From positions 325,376,001 to 325,440,000 of the forward strand of contig OZ024742.1 in assembly GCA_964016885.1 (NCBI GenBank): a DNA stretch of 64,000 bases, in the 5' to 3' direction. The notes below the pieces were generated by a model, which saw only the letters and a program-made list of their open reading frames with translations, was not told the origin of the DNA and ran no database searches. How positions within the stretch are numbered: the first letter of the stretch is position 1; each line of letters opens with the position of its first letter. This DNA is from Eledone cirrhosa. Its lineage: Eukaryota. This document shows positions 42,764 through 55,095 of this stretch, in pieces. The position numbers and the translations under genes are program-made.

Positions 42764-43676
42764 TCTATATATATAAAGCTGTGGTTGTCTGTCTGTCTAT
42801 CGGATTTTTGGCACACATCTCCTCTTAGAATCTCTGACGGAATTGCACCGAAATTGCTATACTTGTACATTGAGCCCTAGCGAAGACATCGGAAAAAAAT
42901 ATTTCAAATTGACCCACCCTATGTGACGAAATCGAATCTAATGTATCGATTTTTGAGCGTAAGTGACGAGTTATTTCCCTTTGTTCTATATATATAAAGC
43001 TGTGGTTGTCTGTCTGTCTATCGATTTTTGGCACACATCTCCTCTTAGAATCTCTGACGGAATTGCACCGAAATTGCTATACTTGTACATTGAGCCCTAG
43101 CGAAGACATCGGAATCAAAATATTTCAAATTGACACACCCTATGTGACGAAATCGAATCTAATGTATCGATTTTTGAGCGTAAGTGACGAGTTATTTCCC
43201 TTTGTTCTGTTTACATTGAGCGTCTTACGTTCTGTTTACATTTTCTGCGTGCAAAAATTAAAAAAATTACGCTGGCTTTCTCAGCGTTTAAAATGACATA
43301 AACACAATACACGAACAGTTGTCGAGCCAGCAAAATTTTGACCTGCAAAATTCATCAGTTCGAACACTAAGCTTCCGTTTTGCTTCATTTCCATTTAAAA
43401 GCCCTTTAAAAGAATATTTTTACTTGAAAACAAGTCTATTTAAAGACTACGTAAAACAAGCAAATATTTCGTAAAAAAAAGCAAAAATTATATAAGTTTA
43501 TTTAAAATATATGTATCTGTAAATTTCGTTAGGCGTGCAGACAGACAGTCGTGCAGACAGACAGTCGTGCAGACAGACAGTCGTGCAGACAGACTTTAAG
43601 CCAAAAAAGAAACTTAACATTGTAACTTTAAGACAGCTACTGAGCGACCCCGAGCAACGCCGGGCTTTACTGCTAG
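42764..43676 (+). mobile_element. Non-autonomous Helitron with tandemly duplicated 221-bp 5' end
   Basis: A|TCTATATATATAAAG start, 42764-42984 repeated from 42985, and 3' CCCGAGCAACGCCGGG...CTAG|T. This gives an A/T insertion site with no TSD. Confidence 0.85.
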
Positions 43677-43772
43677 TACATATATATATATAATACATAT
43701 CTATGTATGTGTGTGTGTGTGTCTTCATATGTGCGTCTGTGCATGTATATCTCTGCATGTATGTATGTTTAT

Positions 43773-43823
<51 letters not shown>

Positions 43824-44092
43824 TAAGTAAATAAACATATATAAATATATATTTATATATATATGAAGGATATTTTTATTATTTCTTTTACCATAAATTT
43901 TATAACCTCTCTACACGTGTATATACGACTTGAAATATATATAGAAAAATCCAGTCATCTTTTAAAAGAGGTGTCAACCTTATTATCTTCTCACTTCTAC
44001 TTGTTTTCCCCTTCACCCCCTGCCTCAAGAGCCTTCATTTCAAACTCTACTTTAATTTATTCCTTTTCGGTTATTATCGTTGTTTTAGTTAA

Positions 44093-44164
<72 letters not shown>

Positions 44165-44424
44165 AGAAAAACCACAGATGTGAGAAAAACCACAGACCCT
44201 CCATCTCAACTCTACTTTTGAAAAGCATAAGAACTGCGAAACCGGTAAAGGAACCAAATAAATATATTATTTATTTAAAAAATAAGATTCCAGTTGTATT
44301 TTCGATTTCATCTTTTTTTCTTTATACTTTCACTCGTGTAGGACACCTCGGTTATTTTTCATTCTGTAAAAAAAACAACAACTCACTTTCCAATATATAT
44401 ATATATATATATACTATATATATA

Positions 44425-44471
<47 letters not shown>

Positions 44472-44476
44472 TATAT

Positions 44477-44549
<73 letters not shown>

Positions 44550-44554
44550 TATAT

Positions 44555-44630
<76 letters not shown>

Positions 44631-44782
44631 GAAATATATATATAAATGAAATATATATATATGTATATATATATTGAATAGAATGAAACGAAATTTCATT
44701 TCTCACTCTTAGTACGGCACTTACTTAAATGTAAGTATGTATGTATACGTACATACATATATGTATACAGACGTACAATAGC

Positions 44783-44823
<41 letters not shown>

Positions 44824-44827
<4 letters not shown>

Positions 44828-45014
44828 AACAAATAAGACCCCGACGGCTGAGCTCAAGCCGTTTCGACGGCTAATTCCGTACAGAATTAGCCGTCGAAAC
44901 GGCTTGAGCTCAGCCGTCGGGGTCTTATTTGCTCCTATTACCCACTCTACTAACCTAAGTATTGAGTAATTTGGTGCGTTATGGTCCACCTGGTTCCTTA
45001 CCACATCTCCTTCG

Positions 45015-45016
<2 letters not shown>
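44824..45016. repeat. Fold-back family C (HHR 3'-half); also 4998-5199, 21805-21971, 55190-55253, 60021-60080
   Basis: ~54-bp near-perfect arms containing GAAA cggc-ttgagctca-gccg TC gggg. Shared tail ..TGGTCCACCTGGTTCCTTACCACA.. Confidence 0.8.
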
Positions 45017-45059
<43 letters not shown>

Positions 45060-45209
45060 CAGGCACACATATATATATGTACGTATCAGTTTACCGAACA
45101 TTTATTATAATGTTCGCTTTGTTCGTTTGTAAACAAACGGACAGCCTGATTTATGCCGTACAGTGTTCAGGCAACCACGTCACCTTTTTGTTCAACACTG
45201 ACACAGGAA

Positions 45210-45250
45210 CGATGTACTAGTTTCAAGCTTGTTAGCTATCGTCAGCACCG
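45210..45250 (-). ncRNA. Minimal type I hammerhead ribozyme candidate (cleanest in the window)
   Basis: cggtg CTGACGA t-agct-aaca-agct-t GAAA ctag TA catcg. 5-bp stem I, palindromic CTAG stem III, GUA triplet. Confidence 0.82.
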
Positions 45251-45484
45251 TATACCTTTCTGCCAGATGGTTGAAAATTCGAAAGTATATACTTTCCTTA
45301 TGAAAATTAACGGCTGAGCAGCCTAATTTGCATATCGAGTGAGTTCAGTCGGCCAGGCGCACCGAAAACGATAAATGGAATAGAATGAAACGAAATTTCA
45401 TTTCTCACTCTTAGTAGGGCACTTACTTAAATGTAAGTATGTATGTATACGTACATACATATATGTATACAGACGTACAATAAC

Positions 45485-45567
<83 letters not shown>

Positions 45568-45705
45568 TACATATATACATATATACATACAGGCACACGT
45601 ATATATATGTACGTATCAGTTTACCGAACATTTATTATAATGTTCACTTTGTTCGTTTGTAAACAAACGGACAGCCTGATACGTACATATATATATGTGT
45701 GCCTG

Positions 45706-45748
<43 letters not shown>

Positions 45749-45831
45749 TATTTTCCGTTGTGTTGTAATATAAATATTACACACAGTAGATTATCAGCTC
45801 ACGTAGAGTTTGCTCGACGGTTCCAGTTGTA

Positions 45832-47874
45832 GTTCCAAACAGCAAATTACAGAAAGATATAAAAAAACTACTGGACGACCTTAAAAACACCAAAGGAATT
45901 GTAGTAAAAGCGGACAAAACATCAAACCTGTACACTATGGATTGCACTACATACAACAACTTCATTCGAAAAGAATTACATAAAAAATATAGAAAAACGA
46001 GTGAAGTAACCCTTAAGCACATCAATGATGAGGCATGCGAAATAGTGAAAAATCTCGGAATCGAAGATAGGACAGGACCACTCTTACCGGCGGTACCCAC
46101 CTTCAATCTTAAGGACCACAAGGTAAACTTTGATAATGACCCTAAAATTAGATTAATCTGCCCCTCTAAATCAGATATAGGTAAAATAAGCAAATATATC
46201 TTAGATAGAATCATCCCCCAAATTAAGGCTAAGGTTAACATTAAACTCTGGGGGAAGACCCAGGAAGCAATAAGATGGTTTAATAGCATTAGCAATAAGA
46301 ATAAATCTAAGTTTATCCAGTTTGATATCGATGAATATTACTCATCGATATCACCTGAAACTTTGAATAGAGCCATTAAGTTTGCTAAGGATAACTCTGA
46401 CCTTACAAACGATGAAATTAAGATTATATTAGAAGCTAGGAAAACTATAGTCAAATTTGAGAACAGTTATTGGGTACGTAAAGATAGACCCTCTAACTTT
46501 GACATAACAATGGGCTCTAACGATTCGGCGGAAATAACTGATATTGTGGGGTTATTTATCGCCTTTAGACTCCAGGAAAAATTCAGCAATCTCCACGGCG
46601 GAATATACCGCGACGATGTTCTCCTCCTAGCTAAAAACCTTAATAACCAAAAACAAGAAAAACTACGCAAAGATATAAGAAAACTACTACTCGAAATAGG
46701 ACTAACTATAACATATGAATACAACCTTAAAGTAGTTAACTTCCTGGATGTCACACCCAATTTAAACTCTGGTTTGATTAAACCGTTTCATAAATTGAAT
46801 GAAAATCTCAAATACGTAAATGTTGGGTCTAACCACCCCTTCTCTATAATTAAATCTATCCCTAAAAATATTTCCCTTAGAATCTCGGGTCTATCTTCTA
46901 ACATACAAGTATTTAAGGAACACGCCGAGTACTACGATAACGCCCTTAGTAAAGCAGGCTACCTCAACAAAATAGAGTACATAGATGGGAACAATCAAAA
47001 CACCCAAAATAAATCCCACATAGGTAGATATAATAACACAACACCAAACCACACTTACTACCATAGTATGCACACCAGTAAACCAACAAACAAAACTAAT
47101 AGAAAGCGATGCAAAGAGTACTTATGGTATAACCCCGAATACAATAGCTCCATTAGTACAAATTTACCAGTACTCTTCTTTAAAATAATTAAAAGACATT
47201 TTCCCACATCACACAAATACCACAAAATCCTAAACCCTACCACTATAAGACTGTCATACTCTACAGCGTTAAACCTTGAACAACACATAAAAAAGATCAA
47301 TACTAGAAGGTTAAACGAAAACACTAAGAACTTAAGTACAAAGAACACAAAAAAAACAGTAGACAATACACTACAGAACATAAATAAACCACACCTAAGT
47401 TCGTCCGCAATACTACTCCAGAGAAAACCCAACGTACACAACTGTAACTGCACCTATCCTGACAACTGCCCCCTCGGCAATAACTGCCTGGAAAAAAATA
47501 TTATTTATAAGTGTACCATTAAATCCGGAGGCAACGAGTGGTATTACGTGGGATCAACGGCAACAACGTTTAAATCTCGATTGTATAGGCATTCTTACTC
47601 AATAAAACACCAGAGCCAAAGAAATGTAACAACTCTAGCAGAAAAAGCTTGGACGCTGAGGGATAGCGATCAAAAGTTTACCCTAAAAAGGGAAAAATTA
47701 GCTAAAACCCAAAGCTTTTCCAGGAGCCAAAATTTCTGCAAATTGTGTAATCTTGAGATTTATTACATAATCACACACAAGAAGAAACTGCTGAATAACA
47801 GAATTGAACGAACATTATTCTGCCGTCACAGAACTAAAACCCTTTTTTCCCACTACAAGCCGAATATTACATAA
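45832..47874 (+). CDS. Penelope-like RT/GIY-YIG polyprotein (uninterrupted, N-terminus missing)
   Basis: The 645-aa ORF at 45937-47874 is open upstream to ~45832 and colinear with copy 1. Motifs: GGIYRDD, VNFLDV, CNCTYPDNC, NIIYKC..WYYVGST, CKLCNLE, CRH. Confidence 0.9.
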   Translation, partial: VPNSKLQKDIKKLLDDLKNTKGIVVKADKTSNLYTMDCTTYNNFIRKELHKKYRKTSEVTLKHINDEACEIVKNLGIEDRTGPLLPAVPTFNLKDHKVNFDNDPKIRLICPSKSDIGKISKYILDRIIPQIKAKVNIKLWGKTQEAIRWFNSISNKNKSKFIQFDIDEYYSSISPETLNRAIKFAKDNSDLTNDEIKIILEARKTIVKFENSYWVRKDRPSNFDITMGSNDSAEITDIVGLFIAFRLQEKFSNLHGGIYRDDVLLLAKNLNNQKQEKLRKDIRKLLLEIGLTITYEYNLKVVNFLDVTPNLNSGLIKPFHKLNENLKYVNVGSNHPFSIIKSIPKNISLRISGLSSNIQVFKEHAEYYDNALSKAGYLNKIEYIDGNNQNTQNKSHIGRYNNTTPNHTYYHSMHTSKPTNKTNRKRCKEYLWYNPEYNSSISTNLPVLFFKIIKRHFPTSHKYHKILNPTTIRLSYSTALNLEQHIKKINTRRLNENTKNLSTKNTKKTVDNTLQNINKPHLSSSAILLQRKPNVHNCNCTYPDNCPLGNNCLEKNIIYKCTIKSGGNEWYYVGSTATTFKSRLYRHSYSIKHQSQRNVTTLAEKAWTLRDSDQKFTLKREKLAKTQSFSRSQNFCKLCNLEIYYIITHKKKLLNNRIERTLFCRHRTKTLFSHYKPNIT

Positions 47875-48190
47875 AAGAGGGACATCCCCCAACTATATAA
47901 ACCTTAATCTAGTTAGAAAAATATAAAAACAATCTCTTCTCAACATATATTAATAACCTTAAATTACCATACTAATAATGAAAAGATATGCTGATGAGAA
48001 TAGGTACCAAATATGCGATAATGAATGTGTCTAAAAACGTCCATAAGTATGTATATATATGTGAAAATGTATATAAATAAGTAAATATATATATATGTTT
48101 GATGTGTATAGTTAGATGTAAGTGTATTCATGTATTAAAGTGCTTATATATATATATATATGTATATGTGTGTATATGTATGTATGTGTA

Positions 48191-48307
<117 letters not shown>

Positions 48308-48856
48308 GTGTATATGGATGTGTATGTATGTGTATGTGTGTACACATGGACTAGAGTATGTATGTATATATGTGTGTGTCTATACGTGAGTATATAAAGA
48401 TAAGTTGAGTATGAAAATGTATACACATGAGCGCGTATGTATGTACATAAATACATGTGTGTATATATGTGTATGCATGTGTATATATATGTAAGTATGA
48501 ATATGTGAATTGTGTGTATATGTATTTTGTAGAGGTGTGCAAATATATTTGTGTGTGAATGCGTGGGTGAAAGGATATGTACACTTGAAAGAAAAATTTA
48601 AGTCTGAATGTTAATTAAGTGCAAACACAAAACCAACCACGCATATCTTCACTATCTCTAATCCTTCTATAGATTTAGAAAAATAACCAATAATATATTC
48701 TATAAAAAATGTCAAAACAACAGATGGGAATCTAATTACTCACTGCCACCAAGAATTCTCACTGCTATCGAAAAACCACTCCTTCAACTATTCTTCTAAC
48801 AACTTCACCCCTCCCTCCTAATATTCTCTATAAAAACTAAATAGGTCCTCAGTAAT

Positions 48857-48913
48857 ATTATTCTGATGAAATGACAGTAAATAATAACATTGAAATATTG
48901 AATGTCTGCATAA
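48857..48913 (+). ncRNA. Hammerhead-like motif in Penelope copy 2 pLTR
   Basis: attatt CTGATGA aatg-acagtaaataataa-catt GAAA tat-tga-atg TC tgcataa. Core, stem II and stem III are present; stem I is weak. Confidence 0.55.
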
Positions 48914-49008
48914 CTAAAAGTTTGTAGATAGCTGTTTTAGGTTATGTAACTGTTATAGAAACACGTGTCAATAAATTCCTTTCAACTAAACTGTATCCAT
49001 TCAAATCT

Positions 49009-49044
<36 letters not shown>

Positions 49045-49597
49045 TGTATATATATCTGCAGTCATATTTATAACCAAATTGTGTTTTCCATATATAGTGC
49101 CAAAGAGGAAGACTGAGATAAATTATATGCGTATTGCCGAGAAAGCATTTTAAATACGGTATAGCCAGACACAACAACTACTTAGAACAGTGAAAACATT
49201 GGTTCACATTTTTATCTGGATATATCCGTAAATTAAGTTACAGTGAAAGAAAAGACGTTTCAATACTCCGTATAAATATGAAAACAATGTTTCCCAAAAC
49301 GTATGGAACTATAATTCATACTCTATATTTACCCTATCGTTAGGCTGCTACAATGCGGTATCCTGTAATCATGCCTGTAAAAGTAAAATATTTAGTCATA
49401 TTTGTTCACATTCTGGACAGGCTTTTCTTCTCTTCAAAATATTCATTAGAGTTATAACTCCTGTGATATTCGACATGACAACACTTATTCTTTTAGTAGT
49501 AACTTGATAAGGCATAGGTAGACAAATCTACCCCCTAGTATACCCACGTCGTCTAGATTACGCTGTTACACATCATTTTGTCGTTGTTGCGTAGCGT

Positions 49598-49642
<45 letters not shown>

Positions 49643-49986
49643 AAAAAAGATGAAATTGAAAATGCAACTGGAGTCTTATTTAAAAAAAATATATATATAT
49701 TTATTTGGTTCCTTTACAGGTTTCGCAGTTCTTCTGCTTTTCAAAAGTAGAGTTGAGATGGATTGAAAAGCAGAAGAACTGCGAAACCGGTAAAGGAACC
49801 AAATAAATATATATATTTTTAAAAAAATAAGACTCCAGTTGCATTTTCGATTTCATCTTTTTTTCTTTATACTTTCACTGTTGTAGGACACCTCGGTTAT
49901 TTTTCATTTTGTAAAAAAACCTCACTTTCTAATATATATATATATTTTTTTAGTCTTTGGATTTTAGTCTTCAAATTTATTATTAT

Positions 49987-50037
<51 letters not shown>

Positions 50038-50582
50038 GGTTTATCCCGGGTTCAATCGGGGGTTACTACAGTAAGTGAGGTACTCAATACATAGCCGAGT
50101 ATAAATATTTAATACAGAAATGGCTTCTACAGGGGGCTAAACGGTTCTAGTCTTGTAGAAGCCATTTCTCTCTCTCTCTCTATGTCTATATACATATACT
50201 ATTAGATGGGTAACTTGTAGTTACTGGTTACGACGCTGGTCGAAGCACACGATGCTGTTACTGTGTCTTTCTCTCGTTAGTTTGTGTTCCAGGTTTAAGG
50301 AGTTTGTATATAATGTGAAAATAAGAAGTGCAGCTTTTTTAAAACTTTATTATATATTACATCTTGTTTATATATCGGACTCATTAATCAACACTTCTTC
50401 AGATATGAGAGTTTACATGGGTGTTCCTATACAAACTCCTGTAGTAAGTAAATGTTTGGTAGAAATATCTAAAGTGAAGCGCACTAATCCATAGGTCGGG
50501 TTGAATATAATTAGTTACCGTTGTAACTAATTATATATGCATATATGTGTGTGTGTCTGTCTGTGTTTGTGTATGTGTGTGC

Positions 50583-50623
<41 letters not shown>

Positions 50624-51080
50624 TATGTATGTGTGTCTATATTTATATATACACACATATATACACATGTATGCATAGATGTAACCCAACCCTGGTCACG
50701 AATGTCCACAGTTTTTGCACCTAGAAAGTTCCCCTCTATGGCACAGCTCCCATCAATTTGTTTTGTGGAAGATCAGTAATCACTCATGTATGTCAGTCTG
50801 CCTTTTTAGAAAGTTACTTTCTTATAATTAACTCTATATAAATTTACTGTTTCATTTTTGATATTTTGTTTTTTTAAATCACATTATTTTGTATATTTAA
50901 ATGGCTTTCATCTCATATCTCAAGGCTAATTGAACTGACGTCATCATATCGAAGTCAGAGTTAAACATGTATAAATGTATAAATGAATGTATGTATTTGG
51001 AAATATAGAAGACCATACGCTATCGGTTTTAAAGTAGTGATTATGTAACTTACTTCTTTTCGGCGAAAGTAGGGACAGAA

Positions 51081-51190
51081 ACGAACAGTCTGTTTTACGC
51101 TGGTAGGCGATCATCAGAGCCACGTACCCTCTCCTTCTGTCGTGCGTGGCTCTGATGATCGCCAACCAGCGTGAAATAGACAGTTCGATT
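51081..51190. ncRNA. Divergent (back-to-back) pair of ~310-nt-family hammerhead candidates
   Basis: Minus 51081-51122: ggct CTGATGA tcgc..gcgt AAAA cagactg TT. Plus 51148-51190: ggct CTGATGA tcgc-caacca-gcgt GAAA tagacag TT. Confidence 0.55.
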
Positions 51191-51353
51191 CTCTCCCTTC
51201 TTCCGATGAAAAGAAGTATGTGATAAAGTCACTACTTTAACATCAATAGCGCATAGTCTTCTAAATCTTGTTAATTAAACATACGGTATATTTCTTAATA
51301 TACTATACATACATTGATGTATACATCGCTAATTCAGAGCAGTAATCCTAATA

Positions 51354-51426
<73 letters not shown>

Positions 51427-51620
51427 CCAACAGTATGAAACAGATATCTGTCAGCTTATCTCCCTTTGTTTGTTGAAAAAGGAAGTAAGTGATATAGTCA
51501 CTACTTTAAAACAATAGCATAAGGTCTTCAAAATGTTTTAATTAACATACAGTATATTACCAAATACACGATATATACATTGATATATATGTTTATATAC
51601 AGTTCTACTTCTACATGCCT

Positions 51621-51691
<71 letters not shown>

Positions 51692-52531
51692 ATATATGTG
51701 TGTATATATATATATATATATACACAAATGTATATATATATATATATAACTTCAGCGAGAATCGCATTTCGGCGGATAGAAAAAGCTAAACGAAACGCGA
51801 AAATCAGAGTTTGCTGGCAAGCGCTCCATAGTTAAAAACCCAGAGCTAAACAATATGTTAAAGCGTCATACAAACTGAAAAAGTGGTCAAGAAAGCATTA
51901 ACCACCTAAGCCAAAAAGCAAATGAAGCTAAACAGGTCAAAACAAAATAAATGATAAAAAAAAAACAGACCTGGACCCATTGGTAAAATCCAATGACACT
52001 TAAATCAATAATACTGTCCGCTTTAGGTATAATGATCGAACAAGGAATATCACGTTATCAACAGGTATTTTGCTATGTACCAAGTTTGTGAATGACATAG
52101 AGCTTCGTAAAAGCATATGTGTAATTCACAAGAGGAAAATCCCCAGATTTGGCAAATGAATTCAGTATGTGTATATCATGCAAAAAATTGCATAAATAGC
52201 ACAAATCGAATAAGCACTCAACCGTGTAGTTTTTAAAATAAACTTATGCTATTAATCTGTCAACAGAATTATTAACAGGTTAATTGTAAACTCGGGAGAT
52301 TAATACAAATATAATTTCAGCGAGAATCGCATTTCGGCGGGTAGAAAAAGCGAAACGAAACGCAAAAATCAGAGTTATGCTGGCAAGCGGTCGATAGTAA
52401 AAAGAAACAGAGCTAAACAATATGTTAAAATGCCACACAAACTGAAAAAGTGGTCAAAAAAGCATTAACCACCTTAGCCAAAAAGCAAATGAATCTAAAC
52501 TGGTCAAAACAAAATAAATGATAAAAAACAG

Positions 52532-52573
<42 letters not shown>

Positions 52574-52578
<5 letters not shown>

Positions 52579-52968
52579 AAAAAAAGATGAAATCGAAAAT
52601 GCAACTGGAGTCTTATTTTTTTTTTAAATATATATATTTATTTGGTTCCTTTACCGGTTTCTGCTTTTCAAAAGTAGAGTTGAGATGGAGGGTCTGTGGT
52701 TTTTCTCACATGTGAGAAAAAACACAGACCCTCCATCTCTACTCTACTTTTGAAAAGCAGAAGAGCTGCGAAACCGGTGAAGGAACCAATTAAATATATA
52801 TATATTTTTTTAAATAAGTTTTTTGATTTCATCTTTTTTGATTTCATCTTTTTTGATTTCATCTTTTTTGACTTCATCTTTTTTGATTTCATTTGTTTTC
52901 TCTATACTTTCACTCGTGTAGGACACTTCGGTTATTTTTCATTTTGTAAAAAAACCTCACTTTCTAAT
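52574..52968. repeat. Fold-back family D (HHR 3'-half); also 44160-44394 and 49642-49932
   Basis: Arms meet at CTCACATGTGAG (~52710). The family has GC GAAA CCGG TA AAGGAACC AAATAAA (TG instead of TA in this copy). Internal 15-bp tandem (TTTTTGATTTCATCT)n. Confidence 0.8.
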
Positions 52969-52970
52969 AT

Positions 52971-53105
<135 letters not shown>

Positions 53106-53370
53106 TATACATACATACGTACATATATGTATTTTGAAGCCTTATAATGGAGAAGGATGTGTGATGTATTGGTGTAATGGTAGCACAGTGGTTTGGTTAA
53201 TCAAGATGTGGCTTTAACTCCTATGTACGTCAATACTCAGCCTCCTCCATTCAGAAGTTTAAAAAAAAAAACCTATCAGGCTAATTTCTTTAGTCCAAAC
53301 ACGGCATAAGCTTATATTTGTACATTATTCCAAATTTCGCTCGCTGTCTTCAAAACAAACCTTCTTTGTC

Positions 53371-53437
<67 letters not shown>

Positions 53438-53547
53438 TGTGTGTGTGTGTGTGTGTGTGTCTGTGTGTGTGTCGGATGGTAGCTAAGATTCTTCCATAGG
53501 TGGTATGCCGGTTGAGCACTCTATGCTCTTACAGAGCAGACTATGAT

Positions 53548-53839
53548 ATAATATAAAACGAAAAATGAGTGATGCATCTGAACTCAATTTATTGTGTATT
53601 ACAATTGTTTCGCCGGCGTAGACCTCTAGATGCGATCACTGTGTGGATCTATCTGATTCTGGACCCGTAGGTTCCACGGACACGTCTAATGATTTTGGAA
53701 CATATTCTCTCACGTGTCCGTCGAACCTGCGGGTCCAGAACCAGACAGATCCAGACAACGCTCGCATCTCGAACTGTCCTCCGGCGAAACAATTGTAACA
53801 CACAATAAATTGAGTTCAGAACATCTGATTTTTCGTTTC

Positions 53840-53842
<3 letters not shown>
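53548..53842. repeat. Fold-back element F (HHR 3'-half), nested inside a larger inverted repeat
   Basis: Arms at 53548-53684 and 53711-53842, with GAAA caattg TA acacac AATAAA. Outer inverted pair at 53134-53265 and 53885-54016. Confidence 0.75.
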
Positions 53843-53878
<36 letters not shown>

Positions 53879-54306
53879 GGGTTTTAAAAACCCTCTGAAT
53901 GGAGAAGGATGAGTATAGACTTACATGGGAGTCAAAGCCAAGATTTTGATTAACCTAACCACTCTGCTACCATTGCACCAATACATCACACATCCCTCTC
54001 CAATATAATGCTTCAATGACAATCCTATAGCAACGTTATTAATACAATTCACCACAACGTTTGTATCTTTATATAGTAGTATCATTTATAAGGAATCAAT
54101 AAATCAATATAATAGAGATTTATTATACATCTATATAACTATCGGACGTACATTGTCTATTTTGTTCATGATCAATTTTCAATTTACTATGTTTATTATA
54201 TTTGTATATGATATCGTGATTTATATAATATCTAGGTTACTTTACTGGTCTGGTCATTATATAGCCAACTTCATGTGCCATGTTTGCAACAAATTACACA
54301 CACTCA

Positions 54307-54403
<97 letters not shown>

Positions 54404-54479
54404 TGTGCAATGTGAGCATAACATCTCTCACTGATTTAAAAACTTTATTCAACCAAACATCAATAAGGTAGAAAAACAA

Positions 54480-54984
54480 TTTTGGCACAGTTATAGCATA
54501 TGTCTAGAAGTTGTTTTCATTCACACGTAGTATTCCAAGTTCTCTTGAAGCTCAGCGGTTTGCATTCCTAGGACTTCGTTGAAAAGCAGAACGCTCAACA
54601 TCAAAATTGTCTGCAATTAATCTTGGCTTGCCATGTCTTTTTATGTCGCCAAAGCTTCCAGTCTCCTTAACATTGTCATACCAGTTCTTGGTGTTTCTAA
54701 CATCTGCTGGACTCTGTCCGTATTCTCTGCTAAAGATTCGTTGAAACTTAATTGATAATATTGTTTCGTGAAAACACAAAAGACGTCCAGCCTTTTATTT
54801 CATAGATGTCTATTTACAGAAAATTCGAAAGTTGCAACTACGTCCTATAGTAAGGAAAATATAAAACATGTTCAGGCAAACTCTAAACTTGAAATTTATA
54901 AATCAAAACAATGAAAAGGGAATATCCCATTAGTATCCGCAGTATGGTATTTTATAATCAGGAAAGGACTTTATGTTCACCCTG
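54480..54984 (-). mobile_element. Tc1/mariner transposon 5' remnant (N-terminal HTH region)
   Basis: TA|CAGGGTGAACATAAAGTC TIR. Translation FQRIFSREYG..P..NWY..KETGS..D.KR.GKPR..FQRSPR....ASRELGI resembles the N-termini of mariner-like transposases. Confidence 0.8.
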
Positions 54985-55039
54985 TATATATATATGTCAA
55001 CACCATAAACGCAGAGCTGGCATATCTAAGAACTGACTA

Positions 55040-55095
55040 ACTGCCTGATGAGGTCATAGCCATTCAATGGCTATCATCGAAATACATATAGTAGT
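55040..55095 (+). ncRNA. Minimal type I hammerhead ribozyme candidate
   Basis: actgc CTGATGA ggtc-atagccat-tca-atggctat-catc GAAA tacata TA gtagt, then AATAAA at 55097. Confidence 0.8.

Larger units (their letters stand above)
44676..45715 (-). mobile_element. Retrozyme-like tandem (~510-nt monomer) with inverted end and a nested fold-back insertion
   Basis: GAATAGAATGAAACG at 44676 and 45378; 45055-45150 repeats at 45585-45680; 45676-45712 is inverted to 45055-45089; HHR at 45210. Confidence 0.75.

Noticed and set aside
47985-48032. Second HHR-like motif in the Penelope 2 3' UTR (gatatg CTGATGA..GATA..tgtgtc)
   Set aside because: GAAA is GATA and the U of the cleavage site is missing in both copies (also ~14991-15040); at best a relic.
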